Assembly (NCBI GenBank): GCA_027923505.1
Contig: BROI01000001.1
Location: 248,001-312,000 of the forward strand
Source of the DNA: Mayamaea pseudoterrestris
Lineage: Eukaryota
DNA length: 64,000 nucleotides
Direction of reading: 5' to 3'
Shown here: in pieces, positions 46,087 to 56,294 of the stretch
Layout: the number at the start of each line of letters is the position of its first letter
How positions within the stretch are numbered: the stretch's first letter is position 1
Position numbers and translations under genes: made by a program
Notes under the pieces: model-generated
Databases searched by the model: none
Told to the model about the DNA's origin: nothing
What the model saw: only the letters and a program-made list of their open reading frames with translations

Positions 46087-47715
46087 TTACGAAACCAGCG
46101 ACGACCGCTGCGCATGGCAGCGGCGCGTCGTACCTCCCACCAGGCTCAGCAAAGCGTCACAAGCATCCACCTCGGACGATGAGTCGTCCATGGAGGAAGC
46201 AGCGACAAGAGCAGCCTGCGAATCGACCGTTGATGGTTTTATGCCTTCCGTCAATGGAGGCAGCCAATCCTTCCGAAGTGGTCGCGGTGCAGCCTTGTAT
46301 CGCTTCTTGACTGGAAGCTGGCTTGCTAAGTCATTCCTTTCCTCCTCGGCCGCCGCTGCTGCTACCTGAACATCGGCGATTGGATGCTTTGCTGCCACGG
46401 ACGATTGCGTCCTGTGTTTGGATGCCGTAGCTGCTGTAGCCTGACCTTGCGCCAGCTTCTTTTGACCAGCGCGTGCAACATGGCGCTCGCGCAAGGCTTG
46501 CGTCACCTTGGCCGAAATGGCCTGCTCATTCATTTCGTACCAAACGTCAGACTCCATTTCAATCAAAAAGCGACTGGGAGGGACAAGGTTATACATGGAT
46601 TGAATGACATGCTGGGCAATGTCATTCTTCGCTTCACGAGTCATGTTGGGTGCCTGGTACTTTTGGCGCAATGGTTCAATGAGCGCGCGAAACGTTGTGT
46701 TGCCGGGCCACTGGTTCACCTTTCCTCCTCTGCCGGATAGCACGTCATTGACGAAAGGAACCTTGACCGCCAACCAAACTTCAGTGCTTGCCTTCAAAGC
46801 CTTGACCATGGGCGTTGATTTTGATGAGTATGAAGCTTTGGTGCTCTTCTTGGAATTGAAATTAATGGTGTTAATGTGATTCGCTTTGGCTGGAGCTGGA
46901 ACGGTTGGTGCAAAGCTAATCGTAAATGGTGGTAGGTATGACGGCATCATGTAGGGTGGAGCAAATGAAGTCGCCTTTACCGCAATCGGCGGCTGCTTGA
47001 AAGTAAGCCCAGGAGGATCAGGAAGAGTCTTTCGAGCCTTTGGTGCTGCCTTTACCACAATGGGAGGAGTTGGAGCGCGTGTCTTGACGGCAACCAAATG
47101 GACTGTACTAGCGGATGTGCTACTGTTTCCAACTTCCTCCAAAATGTTGCAAACCTTTCGTTCTCGCAACGCTTGCGTCACCTTGGCAAAGACTGCCTTT
47201 TCATTCATTTCGTACCAAACCTTGTTTGGATTTTCAAGATGAATCAAAAAGCGACCCGAGGGTTCCTGGCTGACAATCGCTTCAATCACTTGCGTCGCAA
47301 TCAGCACCTTGTCCTCTCGACTGCAATCAACGTGTTGATACTCCTGCTTGCGCTGATCAACGAGCGTTCGAAACATTAAATTTCCCTTCCAAGCGTTAAT
47401 TTTGCCACCGCGACCCGATAGTACATCATTCTCATGTGGAACCTTGACCAATCGTCCTTCCAGATCGGCCTTGTGAGCCTTGACGAATGGCTCTCTGCGA
47501 CGACCGGAGGATCCACTCGACTTGGTAGGTTTGGTCTTTTTGTGAGTGCTCGGCTTTGCGTCGTGGGGAGATGATTTCGTATGCGTCCTTTGGTTGGTCG
47601 TGCTCCGCATCGTCGGTCCGGCAATCATGCTGCTGTGGCTGCCGTCGGAGGATTCATCGGACGAGACTCTTTGCACTTTCATTGAACTATGACGGCTTTT
47701 CTCGTTTGAATGCAT
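46087..47715 (-). CDS. Protein with two tandem DUF6824-like domains
   Basis: Twice NDVLSGRGG..N.W.GN..FR.L...Y...K..IA...RFL...WYEMNE.A..AKVTQALRER. First ATG 47715. Confidence 0.82.
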   Translation of the reverse strand: MHSNEKSRHSSMKVQRVSSDESSDGSHSSMIAGPTMRSTTNQRTHTKSSPHDAKPSTHKKTKPTKSSGSSGRRREPFVKAHKADLEGRLVKVPHENDVLSGRGGKINAWKGNLMFRTLVDQRKQEYQHVDCSREDKVLIATQVIEAIVSQEPSGRFLIHLENPNKVWYEMNEKAVFAKVTQALRERKVCNILEEVGNSSTSASTVHLVAVKTRAPTPPIVVKAAPKARKTLPDPPGLTFKQPPIAVKATSFAPPYMMPSYLPPFTISFAPTVPAPAKANHINTINFNSKKSTKASYSSKSTPMVKALKASTEVWLAVKVPFVNDVLSGRGGKVNQWPGNTTFRALIEPLRQKYQAPNMTREAKNDIAQHVIQSMYNLVPPSRFLIEMESDVWYEMNEQAISAKVTQALRERHVARAGQKKLAQGQATAATASKHRTQSSVAAKHPIADVQVAAAAAEEERNDLASQLPVKKRYKAAPRPLRKDWLPPLTEGIKPSTVDSQAALVAASSMDDSSSEVDACDALLSLVGGTTRRCHAQRSSLVS

Positions 47716-48113
47716 TGCTGTATCAGGCAGAGACGCGAGCTGTAGTACTATTGAATTGCAGCAAGTCGAGAACCACAATTTGATGCATTGTGATCGAGGA
47801 GAGGTTCAATCGTGGCCCTCTCGTGGCATCCAGAGATCAACGTTCGTTACGTAGCATCGCTAAACGCTCTGGCGTTCGATAGTGTCTGATCCAATATTTG
47901 GAGCGATAGTCATGTGCAATTCCGAGCGCCAAAGAGTGACCGTTGTGTCACGCGTCTGGTCGCCCGACTGGAGCCATCATAATTCATCATGTCGGAGAAT
48001 CACTCAAAACTGTCGCATCGCGTATTGTTTTGGATTCGTCGCGGTGGGATCGACGCGATCTTTCGTCACTTGCAACATCCATCACTCCATCCTTGCCTCC
48101 TTGATTTATTACC

Positions 48114-49549
48114 ATGACAACTTCCATGAGTATCAAGAGACAACAAAGTCTAAAGAAATTATGTCAATTCCTAATTTGCCTTCTTCCAGTATCTCACGGT
48201 TGGATTCAACCAATTGCTCGTCGAACGACTCGTATTAGCAGCCGCAGCTTGCAACGATTACGTTCCTCAGATTCTTCCGACGGTCAAATGAAGGACATGG
48301 AAGGAAAGACCATTTATCAGCGAGTATTCTACATGCTTGACCCAATTGAGCCGACAATTTCCGATTCCAATAAATCAGTCGTTGTGGAGGAGCGAGTGCG
48401 ATTCCAACCAGACTCGGATCCAGTGCGCCAAAGCCAAGGATACATTCAACCAGTCGGTTTCCGCACACTGATTCTACGAGATGGCAATGTGCAGGATGGT
48501 GAAATTGGCAAGGCCTTTGTTAGCTTGAACGTTCACGACGGAAGTGATACGCATGGAGGAGCAGGCATGGACTCTACCATGGACTCTGCCATTGCCATGC
48601 TCTTGTACTTGGCGAGCAATCCAGCGCTTCTTCAAGGAAAGGTTTTGGAGATGTCAAGTGGAGTCGGTATTTCGAGTCTCTTGGGATGCTTGGGAGCTGG
48701 ATTTGTTTCCAAAGGAGGAGCAACGGATGCTGATGCAGCGAATCGAGATACTCCCGATGATGATATTTTGAGCATTCCATCCGGATCGCCCTGGTTGCCC
48801 GAAGATTTGGAGAGTCTTACCTTGACGGATCCCGACGAGATGAATCTAAACATGGTAATGGAGAATGCCAAGAGCTTGTGGATTGAATCAAGCAAGCTTT
48901 ATCTAGACAGGCTCGACTGGTCTGTCCGTGACGTCAAACCGTTCGGTGTCACGGCTGCGGCCTCGGAGCCATTCAGAGACAACAACGGCAACAATAACAA
49001 AGAGTATCGAAACATTCTTGCGGGAGACGTGGCATATACATTTCCAGAGGCGAAACTGCTGGCGCGGGCCGTGGCGTATCGACTGCAGCCATCCTATTCG
49101 TTCGTCGGCTCGAGCACTCCAGCGCCTCGGTTCGTGCACCTTTATCCAGATGGCAGTGACGAAAACGTTTACCTGCGACGATTCCTGGAGCGAGTAAGTG
49201 ATTCGCAGAGATAATGAAGGTCTCTTGAAGTATTTGAGGTTCTAAACACCTTGACTTTGTCTTCTTGTCATTCATGCAGGGCTACCGAATGAACGTTTCG
49301 CAAGACTATCTCAAGATGGAAAAGATTCAGTTTGCTTTCCAAATGCTCCCTCAGGACGAACCCGAGTCGTCACTCGACGATGTGGTGTTGAATGTGCAGG
49401 AACGCAAGGCGTACGAGTACAGCGTTTTGGTGGCCGAACATTCCGTCGACTATGGTGGAGCTGGAATGGGTGAATACTTTTTCCCAATCGAAACGGGCCT
49501 GTTCGAGTCGGAGCAAGGCATGATGGAGCGTGATTGGGAATCAAATTAA
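48114..49549 (+). CDS. Divergent lysine methyltransferase-like protein (METTL21/Methyltransf_16-like); exons 48114-49193, 49280-49549, 449 aa
   Basis: LQGKVLEMSSGVGISSL (degenerate motif I), LTLTD, RLDW, ILAGDVAY. Intron 49194-49279 (GTAAGT...ATGCAG) in frame. Presequence ending SHG-W. Confidence 0.7.
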
Positions 49550-49824
49550 CACATGTGATAGACATTAAAATGCAACACTATAGCTACGTTTGCATCGCAT
49601 AGCGTGGTCGCGTTGCCACCGGTCAATACTAACAAGTTGCCTGTGTCGTGCTAACATCGCGTGACTGCATCCTTGCCGTAGTAACTATTAGTTGACTAAA
49701 AAAAGGTTCCTGCGGCTCCCTACTTTGTACGTTACTTCAGCAACGAAAATAACTTTCATAAACAATGTCAAATACTTGGCGACGCTGGAACTAACCAAGC
49801 GAGAATTACATATCAAAGCAATGC

Positions 49825-50970
49825 TCACCAGCTAGCCAGAGCCGCCATGTCAACACCCTCCTGAGCAACCTGCCGCAGGTAGATTCGATTGACGCACGAG
49901 TCTTGGTTCCCTGTCGCACCCATTTGACTAAAATGCGTCATGTTCATTGTCGCGTACTGTCCAAACTTGCCGGCAATGCCATCTCGTTGAATGTAGAGGG
50001 AATGGTTTCCGGGCGAGCCCTTGACAGTGACTGACGAATTACCAATGACACCGTAATAGACACCTTCCTGGTCAGGATTGTGGTAGCGAGTGTAGTGCCT
50101 GGCATTGTTTGGCTCATTCGGTCCTTGACTGCCCATGTAATGCACAAAGGCATTTTTCAAAGCACCTGGCCCAGTGACAAATGGAGCATAGGCTAGATCC
50201 ACCTCATTTAACGTTAAAAGTCGACTTAACGTATGCTGTATCAGTAGATAGATGAGAGGATGTTTTGGACGAGCCGCCATGAAGAATTGACTCAAAAACC
50301 GTCCGCCCTCTATAACGAAAAAGGCTTCGTCGTCGTCAGTAATCGTTGACGAAGCATTGAATGCATTCGCCGCGTTATCCATATCCGTATAAATGCCTCC
50401 ATATTCCCATAGAACGACTGCCCGAAACAAATCAGCCTTGGCAGCTCCTCCTCGTAAACAATTCAGTACTTGTTGCATGTGCGGAAAGGCTGGAAAGTGC
50501 TTGCTGAGTAGTCGATCGACGGCTTGATCATTGTAAAAGACAAAAATGTGATCCGAGTATTTACGCCAATGTCGTTGCAGACTCGATATGAAGGGAGGAG
50601 ATAGACACCGCGTCTTGCCAGTGACATGAATGATGCGTGGAATGGTGCGATTGTAGACAAACTTGGAGTCAATTTCAAACTTGTCTTGAATGAGGTACAA
50701 GTTAGGTGGACATGTCGTTTCCTTGTAGGTTTCTGCAAGTTCTCGCAACGGAATTGGTGACGTTGATGTCAAGCTAAATTGTGGCTCTACTCGTCCACTC
50801 CATTCCACAAATGTTGTTGGAAGGTACGAACTACCGACGTGGGATGCGGACAGATGATAGCGTATCCTCCAAAGCGAGTAGCCAAGCAACAGCGGCAGAG
50901 AAAGTATCCTGACAGAAACGTTTCTACTTTTGAAAGGCAATTGTTGACTTAATTCTCGTAAGTTAGCCAT
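49825..50970 (-). CDS. DXD-motif glycosyltransferase (GT32/OCH1-like), type II membrane
   Basis: N-terminal TM, IPRIIHVT, AKADLFRAVVLWEYGGIYTDMD, FMAARPKHP, TGPGAL. Start uncertain (50970-51078). Confidence 0.88.
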   Translation of the reverse strand: MANLRELSQQLPFKSRNVSVRILSLPLLLGYSLWRIRYHLSASHVGSSYLPTTFVEWSGRVEPQFSLTSTSPIPLRELAETYKETTCPPNLYLIQDKFEIDSKFVYNRTIPRIIHVTGKTRCLSPPFISSLQRHWRKYSDHIFVFYNDQAVDRLLSKHFPAFPHMQQVLNCLRGGAAKADLFRAVVLWEYGGIYTDMDNAANAFNASSTITDDDEAFFVIEGGRFLSQFFMAARPKHPLIYLLIQHTLSRLLTLNEVDLAYAPFVTGPGALKNAFVHYMGSQGPNEPNNARHYTRYHNPDQEGVYYGVIGNSSVTVKGSPGNHSLYIQRDGIAGKFGQYATMNMTHFSQMGATGNQDSCVNRIYLRQVAQEGVDMAALASW

Positions 50971-51269
50971 GATACTGATATACCGAGTCGCAAGAGAGAA
51001 TTGTTGGCCTCCATCCTCCATCGTCGATTCTTCGATCCAACGACAGATGAATCGTGAGAAGGGGAATGAAAATTTCATTCACAGTCATTTTGAAAGCAAT
51101 GATAAACATCAAAAACGATCTGATTAGTCAGATTGTTTTCAATGACTTTTATTCCCACTGTGACATTTAGACAGTCAAACCCGCGCCTCCAGTCGCTCAC
51201 CCGTCTCCATTATTCACAAGTCACATCAACAAGTATAGTTAATTGCACACAACTATTACTACATTCACC

Positions 51270-52019
51270 ATGGCGAAACACTTGGCGCAGATTCACGGAA
51301 CCGAGGAGGACAAGGTCAATTGTCCCTTTTACTTTAAGATTGGCTGCTGCCGCCACGGAGAGCGGTGCAGTCGCATTCATCACAAGCCAGCCTTTTCGCA
51401 AACCCTTTTAATCAAGCATTTGTACCAACACCCGGTTCGCTTGGCCGAGCTGCAGCAAGCCGCCACGGGACAAGCGCCAGCGGCGATTGACGAAAAGCAA
51501 ACGTTGGAAGACTTTTTCGTATTTTATGAAGACTTGCACATGGAAATTAGCAAGTTTGGAATCGTCGACGAGATTCATGTTGTTGACAATGTTGGCGACC
51601 ACATGATTGGGCACGTCTACGTCAAAATGGCCGACGAGGAGCAAGCGTCGGATGCGCTGCAGGGATTGCAGAATCGATACTATGATGGGCGATTGATACA
51701 GGCGGAGTTTTCCATTGTGACTGACTTTTCGGAGGCTCGCTGCCGCGACTACGACGAGTCGGCTTGCTCGAGGGCTGGCTACTGCAACTTTTTGCACGTG
51801 AAACCTGTACCAGCCTGCTTGATGCGAAGTTTGGAGGAGGATGCTGAAGAGGCTAGGCGCGAGCGCAAGTATGAGGAGGATCGACGTGAACGAAAGAAGC
51901 GTCGCAAGGAGTCGGGTAGTGGTGGGCGTGAGCGAAGTGATCGCAGCAGCAAGAAGCGATCCAAGCATTCGCATCGGAGTCGTTCTCGTAGTCCTAGTGA
52001 CTCTGATGGGAGTTACTAA
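51270..52019 (+). CDS. U2AF1: Splicing factor U2AF small subunit (U2AF35)
   Basis: GTEEDKVNCPFYFKIG.CRHGERCSRIH zinc finger, UHM (DNVGDHMIGHVYVK), second finger VTDFSEARCR...CSRAGYCNFLH, RS tail. Confidence 0.96.
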   Translation: MAKHLAQIHGTEEDKVNCPFYFKIGCCRHGERCSRIHHKPAFSQTLLIKHLYQHPVRLAELQQAATGQAPAAIDEKQTLEDFFVFYEDLHMEISKFGIVDEIHVVDNVGDHMIGHVYVKMADEEQASDALQGLQNRYYDGRLIQAEFSIVTDFSEARCRDYDESACSRAGYCNFLHVKPVPACLMRSLEEDAEEARRERKYEEDRRERKKRRKESGSGGRERSDRSSKKRSKHSHRSRSRSPSDSDGSY

Positions 52020-52090
52020 TGATATATAACATGGAATAAATATTGTTACAATTTAATGCAAGCCGTTGCAGTGCTACTGGTAGTTTTATT

Positions 52091-53146
52091 TCATGGTTCA
52101 TCATGCAACCAGCTCGTGTCAACTTGCTCGCCAGTCTTTCGTCCATTTATAACTGCCGGCAACTGCTGCTGCTGCTGTCTCAATCTATTGTTTTCTTCCT
52201 CTTCCTCTTGTTCCTTGGTCCACCAGTGCGGGTCATCCTCGGAGCGTGACGCCCACTCCTCCTGGACGGATGCAAAATCCACGGACCCATCGTCGCGAAC
52301 GTGATCATTCGTTGCTGCAACATGGTTGCCACGCCACGGCAAACGAAACCACCTTGACGATTGTTGCTCTCGTCTCAATCGTCGACCATTGGCGACCCAA
52401 TCCGGCAAGCCTTGGTCATGGAGCAATGGTCTCCTCATGTGCGAGTTGCTGCTTGCGCGTGGTTGTTGCTGACGATCCCACCACCAAGGTCGCCGGCGCA
52501 ACGTCAAAGAGTCATTCGTGTAGTCGTTACCATCTTCGTATGGTGCCGCAAGTATACACTTTTGCAGCATGAATCGTATGAGCAGTTCCCACAGTGCGCC
52601 GCCGAGTAGAATGACTGGCAGCTTGTCGTTATGACTCTGCAGCCACGCCAGCCGCAGCCAATGGTGACGCTCCAAGTAGTGGTTGACCACTCCATGCTCC
52701 ACCCACGAAAAGAATGACATGCCCGATAGTAGAGACGCCAGTGCAACGCTGCAAACTAGATTACCCCTCACTAAGAATATGCGAAGCAATAAAATTCCAA
52801 TGAAAAAGCCTTGGAGAATGAGTACTGACTTGGGCAAGTTGTTGCTCTTGTCAAAATGGTCATGCCACAGTATGATTCCCGTCCAAATAGCAATCATGAA
52901 ACAAACCAATGTATCCAGAATGATGAAGAATCGTTGCAGCATTCCTTGCATAGACTCGGTGCAGGTTGCTTCGTCTTCAATTGGTGCAGGAGGCATGCGC
53001 CGCAGCGTCTCTTCGCTGTGTCGTTCCATTGACAAGTGTGCGGCGATTTCCCAAGGATTCATTTCATCGTCATCGCCATGATTTGTCAAGGCCGAAATGT
53101 TGCTGATGTTGTTGCGAAAGGGTGAACTCGTCGCAAGGTTGGGCAT
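52091..53146 (-). CDS. Hypothetical multi-TM membrane protein with Trp-rich C-terminal region
   Basis: About four hydrophobic segments; tail with RRRPWWW and DFASVQEEWASRSEDDPHWW. Confidence 0.7.
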   Translation of the reverse strand: MPNLATSSPFRNNISNISALTNHGDDDEMNPWEIAAHLSMERHSEETLRRMPPAPIEDEATCTESMQGMLQRFFIILDTLVCFMIAIWTGIILWHDHFDKSNNLPKSVLILQGFFIGILLLRIFLVRGNLVCSVALASLLSGMSFFSWVEHGVVNHYLERHHWLRLAWLQSHNDKLPVILLGGALWELLIRFMLQKCILAAPYEDGNDYTNDSLTLRRRPWWWDRQQQPRASSNSHMRRPLLHDQGLPDWVANGRRLRREQQSSRWFRLPWRGNHVAATNDHVRDDGSVDFASVQEEWASRSEDDPHWWTKEQEEEEENNRLRQQQQQLPAVINGRKTGEQVDTSWLHDEP

Positions 53147-53328
53147 GATGATGGATGAACTGGTGGAACGAATCGAGTCGTTTTGGCAGCGCGGAAGGCG
53201 CGCCAGCGCGGGTTCAAAACGTCCGTCCGGTACTCAATGCTTGTCACGCTTGCAACCACAATTATCATTCGTTACTACTTGCCGCTTCCAACTGCTTTAC
53301 CTCTCAAGTCCATTTACTTGCTTTCACC

Positions 53329-54147
53329 ATGTCGTCGGCCTCTTCGGATGAGTCTGACATAGATAGGAAAAAGCGCCACGACAAGAAACGAAGGCACGAC
53401 GATGAAAGTGAATCATCCGAAAGCAGCGACGACCGGCGACGCAGCAAAAAGCACAAGTCAAGCAGTCGACACAAGGAAGAAAAGGATAAGAAACATAGAA
53501 AAAAGCACAAGAAGAATAAGCGAAGGAAAATGTATGATTCTGAATCAGATTCCGAGAGCGCATGTAGTAGCAGCAGTGAATCGTCGCGCCGCCGCCGTCG
53601 CCACGACAAACGACGAAAGCACGATAAAAAGAAGAAACGCAAGCGCAGTCATGAACGCGACGACAAGGACAACGATAGCGACACTTCTTCTACCGGAAAA
53701 CCATCCTTTGGAAAGTACGGCATCTTAAAAAGTTCCGACAGGCAAAAAATGCAGCGCTCCTTTGAAATGTGGGCGGCCCAAGTCAAGAATGTATCGGGTC
53801 GCACTTCGACGGCCGAGGAAGCCAAGCTATGGGAGGAGTATCGGGAAGACTACAATACGGCGACTCTTCCACAAAAATATTATAACTACGATAAATGGGA
53901 AATGGAGGAATACCAAAAACGCCAGCAGGCGGGAGGCAACGGTTTGGACGACGACAAGCAAAATAAATTGGACCGCCAACGCAAAAAGTCCGAGGCGGAA
54001 AAGGCGTTGATGCTAGCGACCATGAACTCGAGCAAGATTCAAGACATGCGACGTCAAGCTGGTCTCAGGACGCAAATGCAGAGTGCCTTCAAAATGGGTG
54101 ACATGGCAACCTATCAAAAGCTCAAGGAAAAGCTGGAAGCAGAGTGA
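53329..54147 (+). CDS. Conserved uncharacterised nuclear-type protein with K/R/S/D-rich N-terminus
   Basis: Charged low-complexity N-half, then FGKYGIL...SFEMWAAQVK...EYREDYNTATLPQKYYNYDKWE, a block I recognise from uncharacterised eukaryotic proteins. Confidence 0.78.
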   Translation: MSSASSDESDIDRKKRHDKKRRHDDESESSESSDDRRRSKKHKSSSRHKEEKDKKHRKKHKKNKRRKMYDSESDSESACSSSSESSRRRRRHDKRRKHDKKKKRKRSHERDDKDNDSDTSSTGKPSFGKYGILKSSDRQKMQRSFEMWAAQVKNVSGRTSTAEEAKLWEEYREDYNTATLPQKYYNYDKWEMEEYQKRQQAGGNGLDDDKQNKLDRQRKKSEAEKALMLATMNSSKIQDMRRQAGLRTQMQSAFKMGDMATYQKLKEKLEAE

Positions 54148-54465
54148 CAGTACAAGTAGTTTAAATACCGTTTTGTCCTTCTATATTGAGCAGCTCTGTA
54201 GTCGAGTTCAGAGTCAATAACTTTTATTTTGTCCATGGTCCATTGGTCACAGTCAATACGTACGTAGCTGGGAAAGGGAGGAACTTGGAATCTCGTTGTG
54301 ATTGGACGTTCCTGATGTTGGTCCAAGGTTCTTGGCCAATCAGATTTCATCTCGACACACGCGTGACGTTGCGAGGCGCGACGCGACGCGGCGAAGAAAC
54401 GGACCTGCACCTTTTCAGCTGCCCACTGCAACCGGCACTTCTCCAAAGCGAAACTACGAAACGAA

Positions 54466-56094
54466 ATGATGCGACGGACGAGACAAGTAGTTCTTTCGAC
54501 TCTACTGAGTCTCTGGGCCTCTGAATGTTGTTTTGTTGTTGGCTTTTCGCCTGCTCCTAGACTCGATTCTTCGTCACAGCAACGAATTGCAACAGCCTCA
54601 CCAAGACGAAAGCAGCAAACATCATCGCCCACTGTACTTCAGCGATCGTTTTATGATGACTTTGACGACGAAGAAAGCTTGGAGAATCAGGATAAGGATG
54701 AAATTATTGATCCAGATTCGCTTGGCGACTGGCGACTCTTTCGACGAAACCTGGCGGCCATGACGGCAACATCGTCTGACTCGTCGTCGCCGTTGCTGGA
54801 TACAAGCGTGCCAGTCAAGACGACGCAGCGGCCTCGATCGGTGAGCAAGCTGAACGAAGAAATTCTCAAGACGCAGAGCGAAAGCTTGCACGAGGAATAC
54901 ACGACGGGTGTCTGGGCGCATACCATTGCGACGGTACGTGAATGGTAAAGGAGTGGACTTGACAGTCGCGTGCATTACGAATATGTCAACGCAGTCATTT
55001 TTCTTGTTTCTTAATGCATCTATTTTATTATCCTCGCTCAGCCCGAAGTTGGCGGCTTGTTGGTTCGATTGCCGCTCGAAGCAGAAATCTTTCGAAACCA
55101 TCGTCACTCGATTACCGGTGCCAAGCTTCACCAGTCACTTCAATCCAAGCGCAAGAACAGCGATGCATTCGTATCCTTTGAACAACCGCATACGTGGTTT
55201 CATAAGGCGCAAAAATTGTTGGAGCGAGAAATGTTTGCGATTGCCGAACTTGGTCAAAATAGCGACGATGGTCACATTGATGCGAGTACACTGAACGACG
55301 AGCGCGCCGAGGTCCTTTCCTTGTACTTGGATCATCAGGAAACGTGGCAGGAGGTTTGTCTTTGTCTGCAGCGTGACGAGAAAAGTGGGATTGCCTCAAC
55401 CTTGGTGTTGAATCGACCAATGGCGTTCAAACTGACGGATCACTTGGCGCGACTGTGCTTGTATGGAACGGAAGAGAGTCTCAAGGGCAGCACAACTGAC
55501 GAAGTTGATGCCAAACTTGTTAAATTCATGTCAGCGTTTCGGCAAGAGTGCGCCGTTTATGTTGGAGGACCGGATGATCATCACAAGCCGGCCGAGATTG
55601 TGCATGGCATTGCTGGCTTGGCGGGTGCGGTTGAAATTTCACCGGGGACGGGAATTTATCGTGGCGGTCGCGAAGCTGCAATTGACGGAGTGCTCAAGGG
55701 TTTATACAAGCCGTTGGACTTTCGTTTCTTCATGGGTAAGCACAAGTTTGCAAAGTCCATGTTGGATTTGTCGATCGTGCTGGGAAAGTATCAGCCGATT
55801 GCCTGCTCCAGATCGCTAGTCTTAAAGCAATGCATTTCGCTGCCCAAGCCACTTTGGCACGAGGTTCTAGACCTGACAGGGGGCGAAATGAAGGAAATTT
55901 CACGACTTGAGCACAATAAGAAGGGCAGCATGCAGTATGAAATTGTTGAAGAGGATGACGACGAGGATGATGACGATAGTGATGATGAGGAGGTGTACGA
56001 AATAATATTTGAGGACGGGGAGGTAAAAGAACTCAGTGCAGAAGTATTTGAAGAGCTTTTCCCTGCGGATGAAGATGATACGGACGAGTTCTGA
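54466..56094 (+). CDS. AlgH/UPF0301 (DUF179)-like protein, probably plastid-targeted; exons 54466-54933, 55042-56094, 506 aa
   Basis: DWRLFRRNL, WAHTIAT|PEVGGLL after removing intron 54934-55041, LVLNRPM, VYVGGP, DFRFFMG, LWHEVL. Presequence ending VVG-F. Confidence 0.78.
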
Positions 56095-56163
56095 GTGGCT
56101 TGTGAACATCTGACGCTGTGGCATTTTACGGCATCATGGCGATTTACGAGTCTGAAACGTTGG

Positions 56164-56265
56164 ACACAAAAAAGGAGTCTTTTTAATCTAGATTATGCAT
56201 ATTTACACGTTTACACACAAAAAAGGAGTCTTTTTAATCTAGATTATGCATATTTACACGTTTAC
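56164..56265. repeat. Perfect 51-bp tandem duplication (2 copies)
   Basis: ACACAAAAAAGGAGTCTTTTTAATCTAGATTATGCATATTTACACGTTTAC at 56164-56214 and 56215-56265. Confidence 0.97.
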
Positions 56266-56294
56266 GACGTTTTTTTGTCCACGCCTCGTCGTGG

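Noticed and set aside
45153..54147. CWC15, U2AF35 and an RS-like protein as a splicing gene cluster
   Set aside because: Interspersed with unrelated genes; compatible with chance in a compact genome.
56164..56265. Direct repeat as possible CRISPR array
   Set aside because: Two abutting copies, no spacer, eukaryotic context. The Cas4-like nuclease is 16 kb away with no other cas genes.
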